A program made the position numbers and the translations under genes. From assembly GCA_903813345.2 (NCBI GenBank), contig CAIIXF020000001.1, positions 12,648,001 to 12,712,000 of the forward strand: a stretch of 64,000 nt of DNA, read 5' to 3'. The first letter of the stretch is position 1; every line of letters begins with the position of its first letter. Below are positions 35,601-47,600 of the stretch, piece after piece. The notes under the pieces were generated by a model. The model was not told the DNA's origin. It saw only the letters and a list, made by a program, of their open reading frames with translations, and did no database searches. The stretch comes from Owenia fusiformis. Lineage: Eukaryota.

Positions 35601-38600
35601 TGTAATACTGACCTGTTTAAATATAGGCCACTGTAATAGTGACATGTTTGAGCTGTGATCATTTATATTACATGCTCCAATTTGCCACAATTGAGACCAA
35701 GGCAGAACTGGATTCATATGGCAAGATACCCTTACATATTCAGCTCTTGTAATGGCATTACATTTGCAGTTATTGCCTTCTTTAGGTCAGCAATTGTCTG
35801 AGGACTGTTTTGGAATACAATTTGTCTTTCAAAAACCCCCACAAAATGAAATCAGGTGGATTCAAGTGACAGTGAGTACCAAAACAATCCAGACAATTAT
35901 TGCTGACCTAAAGAAGGCAATCACTGCTAACGTAATGCCATTATAAGAGCTGAATATGTAAAGGTATCTTGCCATGACATATTTTTAGTATATTTTAATG
36001 TGATATTGACATATCTAACTGAGAATAGCTCACTCTGATGCTTCATGTGTTAATATAATTCACTATAATAATACTGACATGTTTGAGTTGAGTCACACTG
36101 AAGGAGATAACTGATGGTTGCATCTTCAGGGTCTTGGGCACAGCATCCCTGTCCTGTCTTATGTCGTCCATTACATCCTTCACCCAGCCTTGCACATGCA
36201 AAATCTATGAACATATAATTTTATGTTGACACATATGTATTAAAGGTGATTTATCTCATCTAAATTTCATGGAATATTTTGAATGCCCCTCATATTTTAT
36301 CATTGACTGTGATATGTCATGTAATAAGGTATGTCCTTTCAAAGACAAAAAAGAGGTTGTATCTTACTATAACGCTCCTTATTGGAAGTATACTGTACCT
36401 TCTTCTGGGGTGCATTTCTGCATGAAGCATTTCAAGCCCTTGCAGCATTGCTCAGTTGCCCTACAGAACTCATCCATGAGAACACATTCAGGGAGAGGAT
36501 TGGGTGTAGCCTTCACTCTTACCTTACCAGCTAGCAATAATAGCAAATACAGCTGTGTGATCATTCTTGTTTTCACCTTTAGGGTGAGTCTTGTCAAGGG
36601 ATCCAATCATAAAGGGCATTGTACAAAAGACCATACAGTATTCCCCTTCCCATTTTTGTTTGAATAATACATGCAAGCCATGAGGAAAGGTAGGGGGCAC
36701 CAGTCTTTTAAGATATCATCAGGATGTGTAGTTTAATGGTTGCATTGATATGTATTCAGTCATATGGTTCACCATTTGTCATTTTCAATATCAATTTATT
36801 TTGTCACCACCATAAGTGGTGAAGTATTGCTATTATTATCCCCAACTTTTTGCGATGGTGTCTTTTGGCGTTCAGCAACTGTAACAAATGCCGGGTGGTG
36901 ACATTTTTTAATGCCTTATATTTAAGTATAATCTATTTTGTTTGATAATTTTATCTTAGTTGACTTACTCTTTCTCTCAACTATAGAACTATATTCTTGG
37001 CACACCTTTTTACGTGCATTTGTGCATGGGTTGAGTCTGGTGGGTGTTTGACTATATCTCTTCCTGTATGTTTTTGGGATGGCAAACTGAAGACATGTAT
37101 TTTGTAGCCAGCCTTTAAAAGTACATCTGTAGTATATGCACTCTTCTTCAGGATCTGTTGCAAACTTCCCCACATTTTGTGCTCTACTTCCACCACATTC
37201 TAGTAAAAATGATTGTGATTAGATGAGAAACTTCAATGAAATCGACTCTCCCCATAATAGGTTTTTTACATCCTCCCCAAATATAACTGATCATGTGGGG
37301 ATATACATTCGTCCCTAAATAAAGTACACTAAAAATTAAAGACTTGAACACCAGAAATTCTCAAAATCTCAGATTTTCACAGAAAATTACACAACAGGTG
37401 CCCATTTTGGATTTTGTGAGGCAGAATCAGAAAAACGATATAATATTTGCTTAAAGTGCCTTTCATCCAAGTATAATAAAATTAAGAGATGTGAAAGTGA
37501 AAATTTCTATTTTCTCCCCAATACAATCATGGTCCTTGAGGTTTAAGCTAAAAAAAACAAATCATATTTGACTATGGGTATATTATATTAACTAATACAT
37601 GTACATAAAGTACTTTTTCATATTCATTGGAAAGATAAATAAGATCAGTGAGTTTGTGGAAAAATGCTCTCATTTCAAAGGCTTTCTAATCAAATTTTCA
37701 CATCACATCCAAAAAGATCTGGGGGTCATTAACAGAACTTTCATAAAGTTACGAATTCGCAAATCAATTGTTAATTTTACGAATTTGGTAAATATGCATT
37801 AACTGAACTTTCATTAAGTTATGAACGATTTCGCAAAGTTATGAAAAAATGATGTCCCATATGTCTTCGTTTGTAACTTTAACTCAGGGCTCAGACCCCT
37901 TCATAACTTTGCGAATGCCGCATATTTCTCATTCATTTCTTTATGTAAGGTATACAGTTTGACAAAAACAAATAATTTTTTATATGCATGCAAAGTTTCA
38001 AGCTGAAATATCCACTAATTCTTACATGATTAGCAGATATGTTCCTGAGCTGGGAATCTTTGAGATCGCGGAGACAGGTTTATTATTATTTATTAAGCAC
38101 AGCGCGCAATGATATTAAATGACGGCATGTTTTTATTTGTGGTAAATAATGATGTAAGATGATGTCACAAGTCCAAATTTGTTTAAGAATGATAAAAGTT
38201 ACGAATGACTTGATGATTCTTTAAGTAGTTTATTCTATTTATTAAGCTGCAGACATTTAATATGGAATTCTTTGTAAAATAATAAGCATATAACATGTAT
38301 AATTCTATCTGTTTTTGAAATTGTTCTTGCAAACATTTAAACAGTTTTATACATTTTTATTCAACAATCAAATTTTGATTACCTATTGAAGGGATGTCAG
38401 CATTTGCCTTATGTAATCCATAAGAAAATATTACAATGATTGATGACCAAACTATGACTTCCATCTTGAAAAACTAGCTGCTGTATAATGTATATGTATT
38501 GGTTCCTGCCAGACTTGCGTAAATGTGTTATTTCAAAACTTTTTTTAAATCAATAATTCACCAGATAATTTATCTAATGAATGGATTTGGACTGTCAGTG

Positions 38601-41600
38601 ATTATGTAGTGTTTAATGAACCATTATTAATTTTGTCACTGGTAGACTATTATTTTGATAACACATGTAATATCCGAGAGAAAAAGCAACACATTCTGCA
38701 TAATGTGGAGGTTTTATGTGATATTTGATATTTTTGTTGATAGGTTACAACTGACCACTTGAGGTTAATAACAAATTCACGTGACTGCATCTTGATTAGT
38801 TCAAGTTTTTTTAATATGATCAAAATTGAATACATTGCTCTAAAGAGAACATGTCTCTTTGCAAATGTATTAGTAGTTGGGCAATGTTTACAATGTTTTG
38901 TAGACTGTGAGACTGATATGAGCAAAAGAGGCAAGTGAACATTTTTCATGAATTTAAAAAAAGACAAGGGATGTATTTGTTTGTTTGTTTGTTTGTTTGT
39001 TTGTTTGTTTGTTTTCAGCATTTTTATCTTTTGTGCTTTTAGGACTATCGTACATGCCTCCATGTGGCTGCCTGGAAGAACAAGGTTAACATTGTCAAGA
39101 AGTTAGTGGATGCAGGTGCTAAAGTCAATGTTAAAGATGATGTAAGTTATTTAATGTTAACAAGTATTGTCTGTAACAAAGGTAGCACATTTGCTTGCAT
39201 CAATTCCCCACCTTATATAAGATACAATTAATATTAGAACAATGTTTTGACAGCTTTACACTTTCAACATTTGAAATTTCCCACTAATTCTTTGTCTTTT
39301 GGATTATTTTTTGTCTCAAATCTCCTCCTGAGAGGACTAAGATATGAGTAGGTAGTTTAACTGTTTCACCGCCAGGTGGCTCATTCGAATCAGATAGCAT
39401 GGCAAGTATAGTAGAAAGTTCCCTTTAACTTATATATCAGGCCCGAACCCCCCCCCCCCCCCCGGCCAAAAATTCTTTCAAAATCATGCAGTTTTTCACC
39501 ACTTTGAGCACTTTTCAAGTGATTTTAGCCATATTTGGGCCAAAATTGTCAAATGTGAAACCCCCCTGGAAATTTTTGAAAACTGAACCCCCCTTGGCAA
39601 ATCCTGGCTACGGGCCTGTATATTTATATGTTTAGAGGTTCAATATTCATATCACCTTAATGTATCAAATCGTTATGCAAATTAAAATATGTCCAGTAAA
39701 AGAAAATGTTACCTGTCTATTACAAGAAAAGGTATTTCACTTTTTGTGATTTTTAGCTCACATGGTGAGCTTTTGCAATCACTCACTTGTCCGTCTGTCT
39801 GTCCGTCCGTCTGTCTGTCCGTCTGTCTGTCCGTCTGTCAACAATAGTGGCACGTTTTAAAACCTCTGTCGATAGGATTCCTGTTTTAAGTTATTTCTGT
39901 TCAACATCAATACAGAAAACTCCTCTATGACTCCTGGTTCAAAAGCTCGCCTATTTTCAAAATGGCCGCCACTTTTGTCTCGCGAAATTCACTTTTGACC
40001 CATTTGTTTTAAAACCTCTGTCCATAGAATTCCTGTTTTAAGTTATTTCTGTTCAACATCAATACAGAAAACTCCCCTATGACTCCTGGTTCAAAAGCTC
40101 GCCTATTTTCAAAATGGCCGTCACTTTTGTCTCGCCAAATTCACTTTTGACCCATTTCCTAGCTTTACAAATAATTTCAGGTGTCCTACACTGTAAAAAT
40201 CCATGTCAATGTAAAGGGTAGATATATGTAATAATATTGTTACAAAAAATCAGCGAAAAATTATATCCATTTTTTTATTTTCAGCCATTTTAGTTAACAT
40301 TGATTTGTCTATCTGACTCGCGAAATCCAATTTCCGTCAATAACAGTGGCACGTTTTAAAACCTCTGTCGATAGGATTCCTGTTTTAAGTTATTTCTGTT
40401 CAACATCAATACAGAAAACTCCCCTATGACTCCTGGTTCAAAAGCTCGCCTATTTTCAAAATGGCCGCCATTTTTGTCTCGCGAAATTCACTTTTGACCC
40501 ATTTCCTAGCTTTACAAATAATTTCAAGTGTCCTACATTGTAGAAATCCATGTCAATGTAAAGAGTAGATGTATGAAATAATTTTGTTACGAAAAATCAG
40601 CGAAAAATTGTATCCATTTTTTTATTTTCAGCTATTTTAGTTAACATTGATTTGTTCATCTGTTTCGCAAAATCCACTTTTGGACCATTTACCTTAAACC
40701 CTCTGTCGATAGGATTTCCGTTTTAAGTTAATTTTGTTCAACATCAATACAAAAAACTCTCCTATGACTCTTGTTTCAAAAGCTCGCCTATTTTCAAAAT
40801 GGTCGCCATTCTTGTTCCGCGAAATTCACTTTTTGCCCATTTCCTAGCTTTACAAATAATTCCAGCTGTCCTGCATTGTAAAAAACCGTGTCACTGTAAA
40901 GAGTAGTTGTATGAAATAATTTTGTTACAAAAAATCGGCAAAATATTATATCTGTTTTTTTATTTTCAGCCATTTTAGTTAACATTGATTTGTCCATCTG
41001 TCTCGCGAAATCCTCTTTTGAACCATTTGCTTAAAACCTCTGTCGATAGGATTCCAGTTTCACATTATTTTTGTTCAACATCAATACAAAAAAACTCCCC
41101 TATGACTCCTGGTTCAAAAGCTTGCCTGATTTCAAAATGGTCACCATTTTTGTCTCGCGAAATTCAATTTTGACCTATTTCCTAGCTTTACATATAATTT
41201 CAGGTGTCTTGCATTGCAAAAAGCCATGTCACTGTAAAGAGTAGTTGTATGAAATAATTTTGTTCCAAATAATTGGCAAAAAATTATATCCGTTTTTTTT
41301 CTCAGCCATTTTACTTAACATAGATTTGTCCATCTGTCTCTCAGTCAGTCCAAAATAGTGGCAAGTGGCTTGAAATAATTTCAATCAGCAAAAAATTATA
41401 TCCTGTTTTTCTGTCACCATGTGAGCCCAGTACCCACGGTACTAATTTTATATAACATGGTGTCTATGGGGAATCTCCCCGAACTAGATGTCAGATTTTT
41501 AAAAAATTTCAAAGTTGATAAACAATTTTAAAACCATATTTCTAGACATACTTTTACATGTAGATTTCAAGTTAGACTTTTGACTGAATTTTGAATATTT

Positions 41601-44600
41601 AATGATGTAAATTAAGATTTTTTCTACTCGCATCTAATCAATTGAAACACATTTTACTACTGTATGTTTATATTCTTGTTTGTTTTCTAGGATCTGTGGA
41701 TGCCTCTACATTGGGCAGCAAATCTAAATGCTATGGAAAGTGCTGAATACCTCATTAAAAATGGTGCCATAATCAATGCAGCTGATAAGGTAGTCACTCT
41801 TCCTCGGGTTTTTGCGTGCGTGGAGCACAGAATGGAATAGACTTTCAGGCATAGAATTGCAGAATCTTGAATTTTGATCATTTCTCTTGAATTCTAATCA
41901 TTTCTGTAATTATGTCACCACCAAAAATTGGTGACATATTGTTATGGTCTCCATCTTTTGTGAGGGCGATCCATTTTTTTGTGAGGGCGATTGGCAGATG
42001 GCACTTGGTGGTGGTTGGCGGTTGGTGGTTGGCAATCGGCATCTGTAACGAATTCTTACAACTTCCAATAGCTTAACAAATACTGTTTAGACTGACTTCA
42101 ATTATTTTCAAAATCATCTACAAGTTTCCTGAAGTTCAAATCTGACTTAAAATTTAAGATTTGACCTTCAATGACCTTCTCAAGGTTAAAAAAGTTAAAA
42201 AAATTAAAAAAGGTCTTTTTTATACTTGCTTCAAATTGACTGATTTTTTTTCTTAAGGTCAAAAAATATTCATAACATTTTGTCATGTTAATGCCTTGTT
42301 TTATACATGCTGCAGACAAATTACTGGTAGAAATCACTCACAAATACTGTACCCCCAGTAATTTTTGCGTGCTACTATATTTCGTGCTTTTCTGAGTACC
42401 GTTAACTGAAATTTCACAAAAATTAATATAGTGTACATGGCAATACACAACCCCACATTTCTTGCACTCAGATTCAAATCAAAAAGGTTTCTTGTTTACA
42501 AATATCAAATAGTACAATATTTTCTTGGAAGTATGCCTCTCGACCTAGTTGGTTGGTCCCATTCCCTGAAGGGCATACTAATTCCAATTAAGTGCAAAGC
42601 CCATGCATGCAAAAGAGTATTTAAAATTAGGTTGATATTAGAATAACAAAAATGTAACAGGAATCTCATTCGATGCCATTTGTGTGCTAGATATCTGGTT
42701 TCCTATTAAATGTTTTGTTTGACAGCTTCATATCCAGATACTTGTAACTTAATACTGAATTAACAAAATGTTGCATAGCATTATTAGAATTAAATACACA
42801 ATATCATGAGCAACTGACATAAATACATTATTGATCTTGGATACAAATTTAAAAGTGTTTATAAACTCATCTTACCAAATTTTTCACCTTTTTTAAAACA
42901 TTTTTGGTTTAACTTTCTGGCTTATTTTATTCAGTGATTCTCAGATACAGTAGTAAGTTCAGAAATATGTTTTAATGCTTTTTTATTTATACTTTTGTTA
43001 TAAATGGTCTCTTAAATTCACATTTTACATGAATGTCAACGATGTACAGGGTGGTCAAAAAAAATAGAAACCCTGCATTTTCCTTATATCTTTGTCACTT
43101 TAAAATATTACTCCTTGATATTTCACACATTTGTACATCATTCAATTTCCTACCACCCTACCATATGTCATGACCATCAGATTGATAGTCACAATTTTAC
43201 AGCACTTTGAATAACATGCTTCAGATTTGGCCATTATCGCGCTGAAGGCAAAACAGCAGTTGTCAATGACCCAAATGCATTTCTCAGCAGGTATGGCCTG
43301 AATGACATGAATGATCTCACTTTTGAGGTTTAAAATTGTCCTGATGTCATTCTCATATACTCTATCTCTGCTGTATCCCCACAGGTAGGGACATTTTAGA
43401 CGATGAGTACAGGTTTCCCAACAGGGCAATAATGGCCACTGGGGCATGTTCTTTAAAGTACTGACTGTAACATTGTGACTATCAAGCTGATGGTCAGGAA
43501 ATAAAGTAGGCTGGTAGCAAATTGAATGATGTACAAAAGTCCAAAATATCAGGGAGTTATTTCTTAAAATGACAAAGATATAAGGAAAATGGTATTAGGG
43601 TTTCCATTTTTTTTAACCACCCTGTATATTATCCACATAACAAATATATGTAAATATATTTTCAGCGTGGAAAGTTACCTATTCATGAAGCTGCCGCTGG
43701 AAGTCATACAGACATAATTAAATTGCTCATAAGACACGGCTCAAATGTACAGACAATATCAAAGGTATGATGATCATCAGTTAGTTTGTTGAAAGGACAC
43801 ACGTTTCTCTTAAACCAGTCATAAAAATCTAAAAATTTAACACATCGTCAATTTAATGGTCATCTTTTGAATGGTAACAGTAGACCTAGAAAGATTATGG
43901 ATTCGTGTTAAAATTAATAATAATTTTCTTAATCTTGGAGTTACTTACTTTCCCGTAGATGGAAAAAATTCAATTTTAAGCGAAAAGTTAATGGATGAGT
44001 TGATCTCTAATGTTGCAGAGGTTGAATCAGATGACACATATACTTTATTGATGGGTGATTTTAATGGGAAGGCAACCAAATTTTGTAAAGGGCAAAGCAG
44101 CCAAAATGGTAAACTTATCGATCTTTTCAGTGATGTCACAGGCATGCACATGTTAAACTCTATTAACTGTCAGGGTGAGATAACATGGTCAAGGGGAACT
44201 CAACATTCATCCATTGACTATTGCTTCGGTAACCATAATTTTATGAAGGTGTACCAATATATGATTATTGATGAAACCCACGAAGAGGCAAGTTTAGGTA
44301 GTGACCACTCTTTTATGATTATAAATGCTATACTGCCCTCTCAGTCAGGTAACCTTAAGACCAATGTTCCTCCTGATAATAAAGATGAAGATACTGTAAT
44401 TTGGAACATTAATGATAACACAGATTGGGATTGCTTCAGAAACGCCATTAATACTGAATTTAGTTCCTGGGACATTTCCAAGTGCAGTAACATTGAAGAT
44501 GCATGGTCCTCATTCAAAGAGAATATAATGAAGGCTGCTCATATAGGGGTTGGGATTAAGAGGGTACCAACAAACCATCGTTCATTTTGGGATAAAGAAA

Positions 44601-47600
44601 TTAAATTATTAATAAATAATCGTAAAGAAGCATCACGCTTCTACCGATATTGGAGTCGTTCAAAGTCAGCTGACCCTGACATACTTCGAGAAATTTGGAA
44701 CTTATACCTCGAACGTAAAAAACAAGTTCAGTTGAAAATAGTTGAATCACATGTAAAGAATCACATTAAAGTTTTAACTAGTAATGCTAGGTCACTTTCT
44801 AAATGTTCAAGATCCTACTGGAAAAAATTGAAAATGTTCAATGAAAATAATGGATATCCCATTCAAATCCAAGACCCTAACAACAAAGATATGATCTTAA
44901 CTGACCCCAAAGCCATATCTGAGGCTCTACATTTGTATTGGGAAAGGGTGGGGCGTAATAATCGTAATCCAAAGTTTACCTCCAATAATCTATCAGATAA
45001 GATAGATTCTTTATTAAAGGAAACTAACTATGATAATAATGCCTTAAACAGCTTCTGCTTTACATATGCTGAACTTGTGCAATGTCTCAGAAAGCTTAAT
45101 AATGGCAAGAAGTGTGGTACGGATAATATACCTAATGAATTTCTTAAATACGGGGGAAATACAATGTTTTCTTCCCTTTTTGACCTTTTTAACAAAGTAA
45201 AATCCCTAGAAGTTATCCCTACAGAATGGAAAGAAGGATTACTTGTTCCTTTATTCAAACGAGGTTTAAACATTGACTTAAATAATTACAGAGGTCTCAC
45301 CATGAATTCCAATGTCTATAAAATTTATACTAGTCTACTTGATAGTAAAATTAAACTTAACTCAGAGTCATGTGACCTTCTTGGTGATTCCCAGGGAGCT
45401 TTCAGGGAAAATCTTAGACTTGAAAACCACATTTTTGCTCTAAAAGGTTTATGCTCACTTCGTAAATCCTCTAAGAAAAATACATTTTTATCATTTTTTG
45501 ATATTTCTAAGGCCTTTGATGTTATTGACCGCAATATGTTATTTGTGAAACTTTGGGAAATGGGTATTCAAGGAAAAATATGGCGGTTGCTCCATGAGGC
45601 TTACAGGGATGTTTGTAATAAAGTTATTTTTGGTAATTTTACCTCTCCATGGTATTCTAGTACTTCTGGTTTAAAGCAGGGCTGTTGTTTATCCCCATCC
45701 CTATTCTCACTAGTCATGACTGACTTAGTTGATAGACTGAATAAAGAAAACCTTGGTATTCCATTTAATAACATTAAAGTCCCAACATTACTTTTTGCTG
45801 ATGACATTGTTCTTATGGCCGAAAGTGAGAGCCAACTGAATCATATGCTAAAAATTGCAGATCAGTTTGGTTCTTGCTGGGGATTCAAATTCGACCCCAA
45901 TAAAACTAAAGTAATGGTTATTGGCAAGCGAATAGATAAAAATAAAACTTGGGTATTAGGTGACCTTGAAATCAAAGAAGTTGATACTTACAAATATCTT
46001 GGCATCCATCTAAATAGGCAATTAAGAGATAACTACCACGTGAATGTTGTTTTAAAAGAAAAGGATAAGAAGTTAAGAAATCTAGTTGCATCAACCCTAA
46101 CTAAGCATATTAACTATAATAGAATATCATTTGGTAATACATTATACTACTCCCAGTACCTCCCTGCTTTGTTGCATGGATGTGGTGTTCTAATTCTTGA
46201 CAAGACCTCTGAAAAGACCCTTTCTTCAATGCAATATAAATTGGCCAAATCAATTTTTCAACTTAAATGTAACCCTGCCAAAGCAGCAATGTTAGGTGAC
46301 CTTGGCTGGAGAAGCATTATTAACATTATTCAGAAAAGACAAATTGATTATTTTTTATATCTTAAGTTCTCCATGAGGAACGGCCTACATAAGGCAATTT
46401 TTGATAAACTGTTTGAAAATTTCAAGGGAAGAGTAAAAACATGTTGGCCATATTTTGAAAACATACAAGACATTTTAATTGAACATGGCCTTGATGATGT
46501 TGTGTTTAGAGATGACAATGAATGGTATGATTCTTTTTTGACCATATCCTCCCAACAACACAAAAGTAATTTTCTATCTGAATGTTCCTCGAAATCTTCA
46601 CTAGAATTTTATGAATCAATCAAACAAACCCCATTTCTGGAGAATTACCTTACTTCAAGTAATGATTTTGTTGGACAGAGATTGAAGTTCAAAGCCAGAA
46701 CTGGGTGTTTAGGTATTGGAACTGACCTCAAAAGAAGGAAATGCGATGATGGTTTTTGCAAACTTTGTTCCCTTTGTCACAACCAACGTGAAAGGATTGA
46801 TTTTTACAACAGAATTAAAACCTCATGCTCCCCTGATGTATTTAATATGTTCTTAACGCTTCCTTTAAATGAAAAATTAAAGTGGTGCCTAGGAGATGTT
46901 GTTTTTAGTATTTGGGGCAAAGACCAAGGATTCTTGTTTGACAAGTGTGTCAAACAATTTTTAGTGACTATTAATAACGATATTTTAAACTCATAACATA
47001 TGTACAATTTAACATATTTATTTTATCTATCTGTATTGTATTGTATTGTATTTTATGAATATGTATTTGTTCTATGTACTGCCGCACTGGAATTTTCCAT
47101 TGTGCCACTGATTAAAAAGTGTTTGGCAAATAAATAAATAAATAAATAAATAAATAAATAGCAAAAATGGCAGCCATTTTTCAAAATGACCACCTTCTAC
47201 CAAGACAGTGTGCCATCTACATTTCTAGCTTTAATAATGTCCTATATAATTTTTTACATTTAAAACATATTGCTATTACAGTTTTACATATTGTACCTTA
47301 ATTACTGTAAAATCGCCACTAAAATGGCCGCCATTTTTGAATGAGTGGCCATTTTGAAAATCGGTAATCTTAGTATGCTTGTCTAACCATGCCTGTCCAT
47401 GTACTCTTGCCGAGCATTTGCATCGTCAAATGTTTCCCACTGTTATCTAGCAGTAGCCGGGATCTCTGAAAATGCACCACATATATTAGGCAACTCTCGG
47501 TTATGGGAAGGATGTCATAAGCAACGCGATGGATAGATGTTCAAAGCGTCTTCCATCCATATTATTATTATGATCGGACGGAGGGAGGCGTTCCTTATAT

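Noticed and set aside
36379-36606. Stand-alone conotoxin-like precursor (MITQLYLLLLLAG... + knot)
   Set aside because: The apparent signal peptide coincides with the intron acceptor region (ttattgctag), and the knot exon joins both neighbours in phase. An alternative start cannot be fully excluded.
39011-39042. Alternative acceptor (TTTTCAG at 39018) for ASB exon 4
   Set aside because: Using it adds an in-frame TAG before the ankyrin repeat.
43775-43870. Possible inverted 5' LINE fragment (minus-strand GLRET resembling an endonuclease motif)
   Set aside because: Too short and flanked by stops; could be chance without a full-length reference element.
43945-47007. Short minus-strand ORFs inside the LINE
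   Set aside because: Antisense shadows of ORF2.
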